Source: a virus (Duplodnaviria > Caudoviricetes). From it: a DNA stretch of 47,602 nucleotides. The stretch spans positions 1-47,602 of IMG/VR virus record IMGVR_UViG_3300033475_000043. One strand, given 5' to 3'. This document shows positions 22,814 to 33,305 of this stretch, one piece after another. The notes under the pieces were generated by a model that worked only from the letters and a program-made list of their open reading frames with translations, was not told the origin of the DNA and searched no databases. Numbering within the stretch: position 1 is the stretch's first letter; each line of letters begins with the position of its first letter. The translations under genes and the position numbers were made by a program.

Positions 22814-25800
22814 TTAAGGTACCCGACGCGCCGCTCGCGCTTGGTCGGCCGTATCTGCCTCAATCTGTGTAAGCTGTGCGATTACGCTGTTGCCGATAAA
22901 GCCTTCAAGCTCAGCCAAGCGATTAGACATTAAATCAATATGCAAGATAATTAAGCCGGTATTGTTGTTAACTGAATCGAGATAGCCGGCAATCACCGCA
23001 AGGTCCTGATGGATTTGCGGCTGCATTTGTTGGGTAATGTCTGTTAGGTTAGTCAATTGCGCATTGTTGTCATTCATTGCGACCAACTGATCGTTAAGCG
23101 GTTGCACCAGTTGGGTAGTCTGATCCGTTATTGAATTGACAATCAACGTCGACGGATCGACCTGGCTTGGCAATTGCTGCAACTGCGACAAGACTTGGTT
23201 AATGATATTCGAGCCTTGAGCACTAGAACCATAATAGCGCTTTGCAGCATCAATCACGTCTTGAGCGTTGCTCGTGATTCCTGATAGCGCGTTTTGATTA
23301 CCACCCTGAGCAAGAGCGAGCTGTGTTGCAAATGTGCCCTGCGCAGAACCAAGCTGTTGCTGCGGTGAAAGATTAGATGCTGAGCTTGCGTTGAAATGCG
23401 CAATGAACGCATTGATCTGATCGGCTGCATTCTGCCAAGCCTGTTGAGCAGCCTCTGCGGCCCGCCGTGCTTCCTCTGCGGCTTGCTGTTGAGCCTGTAG
23501 CGCGGCCTGTGCGGCTTGCTGCTGTTGCTGAATTATCTGAGCGTTGTAATCTGCAATGATATTGTAGCGCTGTTGAGCCTGTAGTGCTTCGAGCGCGACA
23601 AGAGCTTGACCCCCTTTAGCGACCTCAGCTTGGCGATCGCGTTGCGCCTGTAAGTCAAAGACTGCAAGCTTGCCGGCCAGTGAACTTTGATCTTGCTGCG
23701 CGACGAATAACTGGTCCTGATAGCCTTGAATTGTGCTGGCGATCTCTTGTGTGCTGCGCTGAATTGCGCTTGCATCTTGCTGAACCGTTTGCGTGAACTC
23801 GTGAACGACGCCCTGCAATTGCGGAAACTGCGCCACAAGATCTTTAAAGGCTTGTCCGGTCAACTGCGCATCGTCGATAATTTTTTGAGCACTGGCACCG
23901 AAGAATGTATCGACCAGGGATTGCCCTACGCCTAGCGTCTGCGCATCTTTGCTAAAGGATGTAAACTGCTTAATGAGATCGCCAATGTCATTCAAAAAGC
24001 CCTTGCCTTGCGCAGTGTTCGTCAGGCTCGTAAGCTGGTCGACGAAGTTTCCCTTGATCTGGTCAAGTGCGGTTGCAAGCTTACCCTGAACCGTCACCGC
24101 AGCATCCGCAGCCGAAGCACCCAACTGTATCAGCGCATTCTGTAAGTCGGATGCTGCGGCATTTGCATCAGTGATATTCTTAGCCGTCTGATCAGTAGTT
24201 GTGTTGAGGTCAATCAGACTCTTGTTAAGCACCGTGTTAACTTGCGCAACATAGGACGCTTGTAATTGCTGGACTGTGAGTGCTTGGCCGGCCGAGACAG
24301 CCGCGCTAGCTAGCTTGATGAAATTGTTTTGAATATCCGTAATTGTCGATGTGAAACTACCTTGCGGACCATTAGCTGCGGCAATGAATTGCTTAATTGC
24401 ATCGCTCATCTGAGCGAACGCAGCCGCGTTGGCCTGAGCGGCGGTGTTTTGTTTATTACCGCTATTGCCGAACAACGAGGCGCCGATCGCAGCCGCACCC
24501 TCAATGCCGGCTAAGATAAATTGGCCGTTGAGCGCATTATTGACTGCTGATGTGGCCAACGTCTGCGAAAGATTTTGCGCTGATGCGCGCAGCGAATCCA
24601 TGACCGACTTGCCCTGCAACAGACCTTGCACAAAGGTCGTTACGAACTGACCGGTTATGTCCTTAGTTTCGCGGATTGTATCGTTGAACTTTTTGGCAGC
24701 GACCAACGAGTCAGCCAGCGATTCATTGAGAGCCGGATTAGCTTCGACACCGGCTGACTTGGCAGCACGGTTGAGTTGGTCGACCGTCCTAAGCTTTAAG
24801 ACTGCGTCCGTAGAGAGACCTAGCGTTGCGTTCTCAAGCTCTAGCGCTGCCGTCTGATCCTTGACACGCTGGATCGCGGAGTCATAGGCGTTTGCGGAAT
24901 CCGCCACCGCCTGAGTGTGTTTTTGCGTGGTAACCGTTAAGCCAAGCCGCTGACGATCTTCGTCCTGAGCAGCACCGGTTAACAATCTTTCAGATGCAGT
25001 GAGATCTTTTATTTTATTAGATGCATCTAATAATTGCCCTTTTCCCTGGATTTGTGTAATTGCCTCGTTGGCTTTCTGGGCAATATCAGCCTGAGCAAGG
25101 CCTAACTTACCGAGAGAATCCACGAATCTATCTACGGCTGCCGGGCCTTCCGTCTTTAATGTAGCAACCAATTGATCCATGATTGCTTGTATTTTTTGCA
25201 CTTCTGGCGTTGCCTGAGATGCAGACTGAGCCAACACGCCAAATTCGCCACCGCCAGAAATTTGCTGAGCCAGATCTTGATTAGCCTGAGATCCTGTTTT
25301 GAAACTTGTCGGAACCAGGGACGGAAGAGATTGCGTCAACTGTTGTTGTGCAAGCCTGTTCTGTAGCAGCAATGCATCTTTGCTAATCTGGAAAAACTTT
25401 CCAGCGCTATCGCTGGCATCACGATAGGCGTCCTTAACTAAACCAATGACTCGCGCGGCCTCTTCTAATTGCGCGTTTACATTTGGACCTTGGCTAGTAA
25501 TAACCGTAAATAGTGCAGTAGCAGCCGCGGCCGCTGCGCCCAACCCAATGGCAATAAGATTACCTGTCCCACCGACAAGTCCGCTCAGGGTTCTGAATAT
25601 ACCAGCAACGCCGCCTGTTTCGCCTCCGAGCGCATATTGCAAACGACCGAACTCTTGTGCAACTGCCTGAAGTGGATTTTGCCCCGCTGCGATGGAATCA
25701 AATGCAGACTTGGCCGCATGACTAAGAGCCTGCAATTGCTGACTTGAAAGCGCCGCTGCATCGTTGAGCTTTTTGCTACCAGCCGCGCCTTGCTCGAAAT

Positions 25801-26128
25801 ATTGCGCGGCATTCTGCAAAACGTCGTTGGCTCGTTGCTGCAAGGCAGGATTCTGCGCAACCACCTTGTTAAGCTGGTCCGCTACTTTCTGGTAATCCTG
25901 TTGCGCTCGTAAGCCCGTATTAAACCGACGCTCAAGGCGCTCAAGAGACTGCTCAAGCGTAAGCGTATTACGCGACTGAATATCAATGACCTGCGCAGTC
26001 CCCTGCGAGGTCTGCGTCGTCTGATCAACAGCCTTATTCAATGCCTCAACCGACTGCGTCGTTTGATCGACGCCTTCGGCCGAAGCCTGAATGACTATCT
26101 GTTTTACGAATTGTTCAGTCGACGCCAT
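22814..26128 (-). CDS. Tail tape measure protein
   Basis: ~1100 aa Ala/Gln-rich helical protein; GQNPLQAVAQE TMP motif; follows the chaperones. Confidence 0.9.
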   Translation of the reverse strand: MASTEQFVKQIVIQASAEGVDQTTQSVEALNKAVDQTTQTSQGTAQVIDIQSRNTLTLEQSLERLERRFNTGLRAQQDYQKVADQLNKVVAQNPALQQRANDVLQNAAQYFEQGAAGSKKLNDAAALSSQQLQALSHAAKSAFDSIAAGQNPLQAVAQEFGRLQYALGGETGGVAGIFRTLSGLVGGTGNLIAIGLGAAAAAATALFTVITSQGPNVNAQLEEAARVIGLVKDAYRDASDSAGKFFQISKDALLLQNRLAQQQLTQSLPSLVPTSFKTGSQANQDLAQQISGGGEFGVLAQSASQATPEVQKIQAIMDQLVATLKTEGPAAVDRFVDSLGKLGLAQADIAQKANEAITQIQGKGQLLDASNKIKDLTASERLLTGAAQDEDRQRLGLTVTTQKHTQAVADSANAYDSAIQRVKDQTAALELENATLGLSTDAVLKLRTVDQLNRAAKSAGVEANPALNESLADSLVAAKKFNDTIRETKDITGQFVTTFVQGLLQGKSVMDSLRASAQNLSQTLATSAVNNALNGQFILAGIEGAAAIGASLFGNSGNKQNTAAQANAAAFAQMSDAIKQFIAAANGPQGSFTSTITDIQNNFIKLASAAVSAGQALTVQQLQASYVAQVNTVLNKSLIDLNTTTDQTAKNITDANAAASDLQNALIQLGASAADAAVTVQGKLATALDQIKGNFVDQLTSLTNTAQGKGFLNDIGDLIKQFTSFSKDAQTLGVGQSLVDTFFGASAQKIIDDAQLTGQAFKDLVAQFPQLQGVVHEFTQTVQQDASAIQRSTQEIASTIQGYQDQLFVAQQDQSSLAGKLAVFDLQAQRDRQAEVAKGGQALVALEALQAQQRYNIIADYNAQIIQQQQQAAQAALQAQQQAAEEARRAAEAAQQAWQNAADQINAFIAHFNASSASNLSPQQQLGSAQGTFATQLALAQGGNQNALSGITSNAQDVIDAAKRYYGSSAQGSNIINQVLSQLQQLPSQVDPSTLIVNSITDQTTQLVQPLNDQLVAMNDNNAQLTNLTDITQQMQPQIHQDLAVIAGYLDSVNNNTGLIILHIDLMSNRLAELEGFIGNSVIAQLTQIEADTADQARAARRVP

Positions 26129-26564
26129 CTGTTTTCTTTGGCTTTCCCTTGCGTTTAGGTTTGGCCGGCGCACCACTCTCGGCCAACCGGTTAAACATGT
26201 CCTTTACGCCCTGCGCATCTTTTGGGTTCACCCGAATGCCAGGACGCTTTTCGTCATCAACCTTGTTCATTAGGCTGACGTATTCGATGTCTACGGCCCG
26301 GATTAGATCTAGCGCATAGTCGAGCTCGTCGCCGTCTAGCCCGAGCCTTTCGACTAAGTATTGCTCGCACAAGAGCATCGGAATCGGCCCGACGCCCATG
26401 CCGATTTGGCGGTGCGTTCCCAGCCAATTGAATGCCCGCCAGTAGGCTTGCAGATGTGCGAATATTTCCGGTTGCTGAAAGAACGGTTCCGGTGGTGGTC
26501 GGCCCGCGTCAAAAAGCTTCTGCCAGCCTTCTAGCTCTTTGCCGTATTTATTAGACCATCTCAC
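26115..26564 (-). CDS. Tail assembly chaperone, C-terminal (T) part of the G-T frameshift product
   Basis: YWRAFNWL...RQIGMGVGPIP pattern; lies in the -1 frame relative to the upstream chaperone. Confidence 0.8.
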   Translation of the reverse strand: MRWSNKYGKELEGWQKLFDAGRPPPEPFFQQPEIFAHLQAYWRAFNWLGTHRQIGMGVGPIPMLLCEQYLVERLGLDGDELDYALDLIRAVDIEYVSLMNKVDDEKRPGIRVNPKDAQGVKDMFNRLAESGAPAKPKRKGKPKKTDGVD

Positions 26565-26572
26565 CGCCGCAA

Positions 26573-26980
26573 TCAGTTTTTTGCGTCGGCTTCGCCATCC
26601 TCCCGAACCTGTTCAGCGACATTGTTTGCTGCATACAGCACGATCTCTTTTAAATTCAATGTTGGGTCCGTAAGCAGTTCAAGCGCTTTTTCTTGACTAT
26701 AAGGAATTGGGTTGCCGTCGTCGTCCTCGAGGTTTTCCCAATCTAGCAAAATCGTTTTGACAAGGAGGATTGGGTAAATCCGATCGCGCTCTTCGGGATC
26801 AAGCCCGTTCATTTTCTTTGCGCGGGGAACCGCTGCAAGCAGTTTGTTTTGCAAGCGGTCCCAATCACGGTTACCAACGCCGCGGACCTTGACGCGAAGA
26901 TCTCCAGCATCTGGAAGATTATCCATCCACGCACCATGGTCACGCTTCTGAATATCGATCTTGCGCTCACTGATTTTCAT
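26573..26980 (-). CDS. Tail assembly chaperone (G)
   Basis: LLDWENLED..G.PIPYS.E.A..LL motif; ends in AKN at the slippery site. Confidence 0.85.
   Translation of the reverse strand: MKISERKIDIQKRDHGAWMDNLPDAGDLRVKVRGVGNRDWDRLQNKLLAAVPRAKKMNGLDPEERDRIYPILLVKTILLDWENLEDDDGNPIPYSQEKALELLTDPTLNLKEIVLYAANNVAEQVREDGEADAKN
26576..26582 (-). other. -1 programmed frameshift site A AAA AAC
   Basis: GCA AAA AAC TGA; the -1 frame continues KLIAAVRWSNKY into 26115-26564. Confidence 0.8.
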
Positions 26981-27026
26981 AATTTCACCCTAGATGATTA
27001 TGTGTTTTTTGAACTACATTCCAAGC

Positions 27027-27509
27027 TTAGGCGTTCGACGCCGGGTCGCTGATGATTGCTGACACGAGATCGAAGGTCACGTTCCGGCGCACGACATGGT
27101 CAACCGTCCCGATATCGAGAATGGTTGTCACAAGTGCGCGGAAGTAGAAAATAGAGTCTTTGTATCCGAGCGGGCCGTCGTTAACGACCACCTTCACGGC
27201 CCATGCGCCCTGTGACGGATCGCCGGCCGTGACAGCGAGAAGCTGACCAGCATCAGTCGGATCATGACCGCAGATGACTTGCATCTGGCCAGCATCCGCC
27301 GCGCCCTTTGCTTTCCGAATTCGGCTGTCGCCAACCGCAGCAAAGGTAACGATTGAGGTTTTGTCCCCGAACTGACCCATGTCTTCAACAAGGCCCAATT
27401 CCGTCCAGACCGACATAGCCTGGAATTCCGCGAGAGTGTCCGTATTAGCATCGACGGCGCGATCGCTAATATAGATATGTCCGCCTGAGGCGGTGACGAC
27501 GTCAGCCAT
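27027..27509 (-). CDS. Major tail (tube) protein
   Basis: WTELGLVEDMGQFGD, RIRKAKGAADAG and D.TDAGQ motifs. Confidence 0.85.
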   Translation of the reverse strand: MADVVTASGGHIYISDRAVDANTDTLAEFQAMSVWTELGLVEDMGQFGDKTSIVTFAAVGDSRIRKAKGAADAGQMQVICGHDPTDAGQLLAVTAGDPSQGAWAVKVVVNDGPLGYKDSIFYFRALVTTILDIGTVDHVVRRNVTFDLVSAIISDPASNA

Positions 27510-27598
27510 AGTCGTGGTCCTTTCGCGCCTTCAAGCGCCTTTGTGACCACGTCGCTGGTCTAAGATTTGCTGATAACTAGCTTCGCCTGTTGCGGCTG

Positions 27599-27994
27599 CT
27601 AACCATCAAACTGATATCGGTAAGGAACGATCACACTTAGTTCGAACCAGTTACCGTTGTCGTTACTGTTGTCGACGATCGGCCCGGATGGCGCGAACGT
27701 CTCAAGTCCATTTGCAAGTTTCTGTGTACGGAATAGCGCCGCCAATTCATCGGCAAGCGCCAAACCGTCAGCAAGTTCTGTTCCTGTTTTGATATTCAGA
27801 ACGAAGCGCGCGGCGCCATCTTCGAAGTAACGCCGCTGGAAAGCCTGCGACCCGTTGCCGATAGGAAATTGAAGTTCCAACCACGCATTAGCGTCTGGCG
27901 TTTCGTTGTCGCCGTTCGCCTTAAGCACAGGCGTAGCTGTCCAGTCCGTCGCGAGCTTTGCCCGGAAGGTTGATTCCACGAAGGCGGCCGGCAT
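27599..27994 (-). CDS. Tail terminator-like protein
   Basis: Position; G..G...ADELAALFR...W....V.VPY pattern. Confidence 0.7.
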   Translation of the reverse strand: MPAAFVESTFRAKLATDWTATPVLKANGDNETPDANAWLELQFPIGNGSQAFQRRYFEDGAARFVLNIKTGTELADGLALADELAALFRTQKLANGLETFAPSGPIVDNSNDNGNWFELSVIVPYRYQFDG

Positions 27995-28617
27995 TAGCGC
28001 GAGGTCACCACGATTGCGGGTTGTCGGCCATCGGAGCGGTTCCCTTTATGGCCGCCGACAATCTGGCCGCCGATAGGTGTGCGATAAGTGAAACTCACCT
28101 TGGCTGAATTCCCGAACTTGCGAGCGGCGAGAACCGCGACGACCTGATAGACGCCATCCGGCGCCTGACTTGAACTGCCGCGCTCAATCTTACGTGCATA
28201 GGGCTGTGCATTGAGGAAGACATATTCCTGTGCTTCAGGGACTTCCTGGCCTGCATCCACTTCCTGGCCATCCGCAAACAAGATGTGAGACTTTGAATAG
28301 CGGGCTGTTTTCTTTGGCGAAAACGTCACCAATTGATCGGCAATCCAGGTCAAGGCATCGAGCAAAAGCGACCATTCGGCAACAACCGTTCGCTGAACGC
28401 TTTTGATCGGAGCATTTATCCGGCCGTCGACGCTAATGGTGTATTTGGCAGGGTGACCGAGGATCTGGCTATTCTTGGCTTGCGTTTCGTCGATCTGTTC
28501 TTTTGCGAAGTCGGCAAGGATCTTCTGGCGCGCCGCAACGCCTAGAGCGTCATTTAGAAAAACATTGATGTCACGGCTTACCGTTTTCACCCGAATTGGG
28601 ACGAAGGCTAGCGCCAT
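27994..28617 (-). CDS. HK97 gp10-like neck/tail completion protein
   Basis: SP.KT.RY..SH and N.QPYARKIE.G.S.QAP.GVY. Confidence 0.75.
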   Translation of the reverse strand: MALAFVPIRVKTVSRDINVFLNDALGVAARQKILADFAKEQIDETQAKNSQILGHPAKYTISVDGRINAPIKSVQRTVVAEWSLLLDALTWIADQLVTFSPKKTARYSKSHILFADGQEVDAGQEVPEAQEYVFLNAQPYARKIERGSSSQAPDGVYQVVAVLAARKFGNSAKVSFTYRTPIGGQIVGGHKGNRSDGRQPAIVVTSR

Positions 28618-29219
28618 AGTTTTTCCAACTCCACCTTCGAGTATGCCTTAAGGGCCGAGCTCGGCGAAGCATTCAAAACCTCAATCCCGAGCCGTTCAAA
28701 TTGCGGCGCACAGGCATCCATTGCCACGCGCCAGGAATCCATCCGCCCCTTATCTGGCGGACTTACACCTTTGTCGTCGGCCCAATGCGCGCCTTCGGTC
28801 ATGTGCATATCCCAGCCAACTAGGATTAGGCGCGTGGCGCCAAACTGGATGGCGAGATTTGCGGCTTGGAAGCCGGAATAGCCGCCCCCCTGATCAAGTC
28901 CACATCCGACGTACCCGGTTTCGCCGGTAAGAAGCTCGGCCCGACTTTTCAGCCGGATCAATGTCACATCCTGATAAACCCGGCAGATCGTCGGGCTGGG
29001 CGAAAACTTCCGACCCCTAAACTTCTTTCCGCCCTGAGATGCCAGCCACCAGTGCCTGTCGATGCCGTACAGCGCGTCCGCCCACGGTGCCGCGCGCCAG
29101 GCGCCCTTGATGACGAAAACACGCGCACGGCCTTGTATGGCCCATAGCGGCGCCAATCTCAGGCTAGGCCCGGTTCCGACAATGACCGCGGTCGATCCAG
29201 ACCAATCCGGCCAATGCAT
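28608..29219 (-). CDS. MptE/Maf (DUF115)-like, sialyltransferase-fold protein
   Basis: IVGTGPSL...GGYSGFQAANLA...GA.R.ILVGWDM...LNAS..SAL; paralog of 38939-39574. Confidence 0.65.
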   Translation of the reverse strand: MHWPDWSGSTAVIVGTGPSLRLAPLWAIQGRARVFVIKGAWRAAPWADALYGIDRHWWLASQGGKKFRGRKFSPSPTICRVYQDVTLIRLKSRAELLTGETGYVGCGLDQGGGYSGFQAANLAIQFGATRLILVGWDMHMTEGAHWADDKGVSPPDKGRMDSWRVAMDACAPQFERLGIEVLNASPSSALKAYSKVELEKLWR

Positions 29220-29554
29220 CAGCCCCGAACTTGCAATTCGAGTGCGATCAGCGTTTCGCCGACCCGGCGCGTATTACCGTCAATCGCCAAGATAGCCAGT
29301 TCTTTACCGCGAACGACAAGCTTGTCGTTTTTCGTGATCGGTAGGAGCTCAAGCGCATCATCGGCATATACGATCACGCGCTGGTCACCTTGCGTCACAG
29401 CGCCGACCAGTTCTTGCGGCTGATAGGCCACAATCCGAGCCCTTACTTCCGTATCGCTTGAATTGCGCGTTAGACCAGACCCGCTAAACCTTCGTATAGA
29501 GACCCTATCCTGAAGTGCGCTCCGATAGGACGCCTTGACCTCGTCTGCGTTCAT
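29219..29554 (-). CDS. Head closure / head-tail adaptor
   Basis: Y.P.EL.G...QGD..VI...ND.LV..G.E..I...ELQVRG pattern. Confidence 0.75.
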   Translation of the reverse strand: MNADEVKASYRSALQDRVSIRRFSGSGLTRNSSDTEVRARIVAYQPQELVGAVTQGDQRVIVYADDALELLPITKNDKLVVRGKELAILAIDGNTRRVGETLIALELQVRG

Positions 29555-30219
29555 GCATACGCCGGATTTTTATAGGGTCGAACAAGTGCGTCGACCTCTG
29601 GCGGTAATGCTGTATCGCCGACCGCGCCGACCCAATAAGTGTATTCAGCCACGCCGGGGATATTTTCAGCTCGAAGGGTTCGGTCGCGTCCTTTACTCGA
29701 GTAGGCGTTTGCCACGAGCAGCGTTGCGGCACGCTGCAAGTCTGCCGGGATAGCGCCACCGGCATAACCAGCGTCATAAGTCACAATGGTCTGCTGACTT
29801 CCCCACGCGCAGCGTCCAGACCCTGACACTCTCCAAACTTGGCCAGTGCCGCTATCGAATTCATAGGCAGATGAGTCTAGCGGGCTTCCGCCTTCCGTAA
29901 TAGAGCTGATCGCGACAACTGGTGTGGTCGAAAGGATTAGCGGGGGATACTGACCAAAACCTCTCCACGAACCGTAATTCGTCCAGGACACGGGATCCCG
30001 GAAATAGTCAGTAATGCTGTCCAATGTGAACTTGCGGTTAGCCGCTGAGCTAATTGACTTCGACGCCGCGGCAATGACCGTCTCTAGCCAATCGTCGCGA
30101 TCAGGGTCAACGGTGTCAGTCAGACCCAATTCAAGCTTGACCATATCGAGGTCAGTCAGCAGCCCGCTTGATGTGGGCGAGCTGCCGCTGTCCGCGACGA
30201 CCGTTCGATATGGCTGCAT
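29551..30219 (-). CDS. Head-tail connector (gp6-like)
   Basis: LT.L..VK.ELG, VTY.AGY...IPADL..A and LPPEV.AL..PY. Confidence 0.85.
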   Translation of the reverse strand: MQPYRTVVADSGSSPTSSGLLTDLDMVKLELGLTDTVDPDRDDWLETVIAAASKSISSAANRKFTLDSITDYFRDPVSWTNYGSWRGFGQYPPLILSTTPVVAISSITEGGSPLDSSAYEFDSGTGQVWRVSGSGRCAWGSQQTIVTYDAGYAGGAIPADLQRAATLLVANAYSSKGRDRTLRAENIPGVAEYTYWVGAVGDTALPPEVDALVRPYKNPAYA

Positions 30220-30792
30220 CTATTCCGCTCCTGCCAACCAAGCTGCAGTTGGAAAGCCAAGTGCTTCGCGCGTCCGTCCGCTCATTGAACGAACCCTACC
30301 GGCAAAGTGCAGCTGATAGTCTTTGAAACCATGCATATATACGTCTGCCTCACGCCACGGTTCGCTACGCTTGAAGTGCTTACTTCCATCAAGCGGCACA
30401 CCGGCAAGAACGATACGATCAAAGCCATCTTCAAGCGCGACCTTCACAGCATAGACGCCAGACGATGGCGAGCGCGTCTTATTGTCGTATCTGTAGGATA
30501 CTTGCCGCATTGATCGCACTGCGTAGGCATATGCCGGTGCTTCATCCTTGAGCGGGGCAACAATATCGTATCCGTTCGGATAGCCGAGCTTATGCCGTTC
30601 CTCTTCCATATGGCCCATACGTTCCGGATGCAGGGTAACCCACACCTGAAACTTCGCAGGCCAATACACACCAGCAAGCTTGACGCAGTAGGTCGCATCA
30701 AACTCACCTATCTTGCGCGCCTGCTCCACATCTTTCCAAAGGTTGTTGGCGCAACCGACGATCAAGCAACTCTTCACTGGATCAGCCGCCAC
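30220..30792 (-). CDS. MptE/Maf-like sialyltransferase-fold protein
   Basis: LIVG.A...W.TLHPE, SSGVYAVKVAL..GFDRIVLAGVPL and RVRSMSG.T. Confidence 0.55.
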   Translation of the reverse strand: MAADPVKSCLIVGCANNLWKDVEQARKIGEFDATYCVKLAGVYWPAKFQVWVTLHPERMGHMEEERHKLGYPNGYDIVAPLKDEAPAYAYAVRSMRQVSYRYDNKTRSPSSGVYAVKVALEDGFDRIVLAGVPLDGSKHFKRSEPWREADVYMHGFKDYQLHFAGRVRSMSGRTREALGFPTAAWLAGAE

Positions 30793-31589
30793 AAAGTTCC
30801 GTCGAGCAGTTCGGCTTCATTAAACTGCGAGTATGCGAGCGAATAAAGCCATGGTTCGCGATCCGGATAGGCAGGCTTCTCGATGGATCGCAGGTCAGTC
30901 ATACCGACTAAAGCCGCTGCACTATCCGGATGCACAAACACAGGACAGCCAAGAATAACACTCTCGACCGCTGCGATTGACCCATGCGTGACAAGCGCAT
31001 GCGCGCCAGCCAAGTCTTGCTGTAATGGCCGCTTGCTTTCCTTGTCCCGAATAATGAGTTGACGATCTGTTACTCGCGCAAGCGCGTCGATCGTGTCGGC
31101 TATCCAAGATTCGCAGCGGTGGAACCGCGCATAAGTCCTTGTTGGTGCCGCGATGACAATATGGCGACCATTTCTGGACCAAGGCTGAACATCGGTTTTA
31201 AGTGCCTTCCAACGATCGGCAGGAAGGTTTCTAACCGCCCGTAACTGGAACGACCCGACGTGCCAACGATAATACCCGCCAGCATCCCCACGAGGCAGCC
31301 ACGTCGCGAATACTCGTCTTGCATAGCCGCGATCCCAATAAATCCATTGCCGTCCGCGTGCACGCCAACCGACGATCGGAATAGTCGATTCCGGCTGACA
31401 CCCGACAACCGGAATAATCTCGTCTGGCAATTGCTCAAGCAACTGCGCGTCGTTCTTAACAACGCGCCCCCCGCCTGCCTCAATGTGCCGGCCTATTCGA
31501 TTGAACAGGTCCAATTTAAATTTTTTCAAGCCTGGCGGGATGTAGAGACAGACTTTACTTCGATCTATCGCCAATGCTTCCGAACCCAA
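30774..31589 (-). CDS. Capsule_synth/KpsS-like (GT-B) glycosyltransferase
   Basis: YWDRGY, IIRDK and L..AHALVTHGS.AAVE..ILG.PVFV. Confidence 0.6.
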   Translation of the reverse strand: MGSEALAIDRSKVCLYIPPGLKKFKLDLFNRIGRHIEAGGGRVVKNDAQLLEQLPDEIIPVVGCQPESTIPIVGWRARGRQWIYWDRGYARRVFATWLPRGDAGGYYRWHVGSFQLRAVRNLPADRWKALKTDVQPWSRNGRHIVIAAPTRTYARFHRCESWIADTIDALARVTDRQLIIRDKESKRPLQQDLAGAHALVTHGSIAAVESVILGCPVFVHPDSAAALVGMTDLRSIEKPAYPDREPWLYSLAYSQFNEAELLDGTLWRLIQ

Positions 31590-32182
31590 TCAAGATTTAA
31601 AAGCTGATGCGGCTTAGGCACGCCATGAAAATAAACGATCTTGGCCGAACCGACGCCAACATCCCGCACCTTAGCCGCCTTACAACTGATAACCTGGCCC
31701 GGCCATAAATCGTCCATCGCATCCCATTTAAACCGACGCAACCATTCCATGTCATTCTCGTCGCGCCAAAGCTCAAACACACTGGCATGACCGCGAGGAA
31801 CCAGAACAATCGGATTGATCAACTGCTCTGGCTTGTAAGGATCTCGCGGCGCGCAAATTTTTGTATTCTTTTCGCAGTAGTTCGCTAAATGGTTGACATT
31901 GTCCAGAACGATTGTGTCAAGCCCACAAATGATGCTCGGTTCATTCAACTTGAACGGTTCAATCAAGCACCCAAAATGCGGAACTTCAGTCTCAAGCCGT
32001 TGCTGCTCGACACCATCGCAGAACTGATATTCACGATCCGTGAATACAACGAACCTGAAATCCTTTGTCAGGTTTCTCTTGAATCCTCGGTAAAGCTTGT
32101 CAACCCATGACGGGTCAAAACAGGTTGAATTCGGAGCGGTATATTTATTCTTAGACCAGTAACAGCATGCAACTGTTACCAC
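31565..32182 (-). CDS. GT-A-fold glycosyltransferase-like protein
   Basis: V.KLYRG.KRNL...FRFVVFTD, GLDT and IVYFHG.PKP. Confidence 0.7.
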   Translation of the reverse strand: MVTVACCYWSKNKYTAPNSTCFDPSWVDKLYRGFKRNLTKDFRFVVFTDREYQFCDGVEQQRLETEVPHFGCLIEPFKLNEPSIICGLDTIVLDNVNHLANYCEKNTKICAPRDPYKPEQLINPIVLVPRGHASVFELWRDENDMEWLRRFKWDAMDDLWPGQVISCKAAKVRDVGVGSAKIVYFHGVPKPHQLLNLDWVRKHWR

Positions 32183-32739
32183 TTAGCCACGCGCATCCGA
32201 TCGACTTGACGACGGTCGATCTCGACAATCGTTCCGTTGTGCTTAAACAAATGCCACGGCGGAACATTGCGAGTTACCACAGCGCCAGCCGCGATCATAG
32301 CGCTGCGTCCAATCATGACGCCGGCTAGAAGTACTGCATTCGCCCCGATGCTCGCGCCATCCTCAATCCGCGTTGTAATCAGTTCACCGCTTAGCAGGAG
32401 GTCCATTCGGAAACCTTCCTTGCTAGCGCGTGGCCAACCGTCATTACACATTGACACATGCGGCCCGACAAACACGTCGCTGCCGATCAGAATACCCGGA
32501 TCAATAAATGCGCCGTGCGAAACAATAACCCGATCGCCAAGTCGGCTTCCGTCGACAATCGCACAACTCGCAATCGAGCAGTCCTCGCCAACGCGCGCCC
32601 CGCGGATGACGGAGGCGAATTGCCAAACTCGCGTACCTGCTCCGATGTGTGTGTCGTGATCACATTCGGCCTGCGCGTGAATTTCCGCAGTTTCTGCCCA
32701 GCCTTCAGGCGGTGCAGGTGCCATTACACTCATTGCCAA
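32176..32739 (-). CDS. Hexapeptide-repeat (left-handed beta-helix) sugar N/O-acetyltransferase
   Basis: IGAGTRVWQF, VFVGPHV and GASIGANA....GV.IG..AMIAAGAVVT.NVP. Confidence 0.85.
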   Translation of the reverse strand: MAMSVMAPAPPEGWAETAEIHAQAECDHDTHIGAGTRVWQFASVIRGARVGEDCSIASCAIVDGSRLGDRVIVSHGAFIDPGILIGSDVFVGPHVSMCNDGWPRASKEGFRMDLLLSGELITTRIEDGASIGANAVLLAGVMIGRSAMIAAGAVVTRNVPPWHLFKHNGTIVEIDRRQVDRMRVAKW

Positions 32740-33305
32740 ATGATCCCGATACCGTAGTAATTACTGCGCTTGTACAACTTGATCTCTTTATTCCGATAGT
32801 CTGACTTTATTTCGTTCCAAAGTTTGGAAACGCCCATCGGTTTAGTTGCCCGACCTGGAATTTTACTTTTCCAGGTTTCATTCCAAGCGATATCATGAAA
32901 CGCAACCATACGGCCCATAGAACCATAATTTTTCCAATCCGCTGCAACGCCTTCGTAACTATGATCACCATCGATAAAAACACAATCAAACGGCCCTAAT
33001 TTGTTAACTTCATCAATTATAAACTCGTGTTTGCTATCGCCTAAAATCAGATGCGCATCACGCCCAGATTCATTTAGGCGGCCTATGCACTCTTCAAAAT
33101 TCCTATGCGCCTTTGTATCTGGCGTCCGGTCAACTGCGACAATCCGAGAACCAACCGGAAGATAATTTCCTGTGCGCCAGAGAGAGCCGCCGTAACCAAG
33201 CCCTATTTCAAGATAGGTTGAAACGGCTTCTGCTCTTAAGATCTTCAAAAATGCGTCGTGCTCGGCTTTATCCTGAAGCAACCTAGCCTCATAGTCCGGC
33301 TTCAT
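32730..33305 (-). CDS. SAM-dependent methyltransferase (Methyltransf_24-like)
   Basis: YLEIG.GYGGS, FIDGDHSY and VAFHDI. Confidence 0.85.
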   Translation of the reverse strand: MKPDYEARLLQDKAEHDAFLKILRAEAVSTYLEIGLGYGGSLWRTGNYLPVGSRIVAVDRTPDTKAHRNFEECIGRLNESGRDAHLILGDSKHEFIIDEVNKLGPFDCVFIDGDHSYEGVAADWKNYGSMGRMVAFHDIAWNETWKSKIPGRATKPMGVSKLWNEIKSDYRNKEIKLYKRSNYYGIGIIWQ

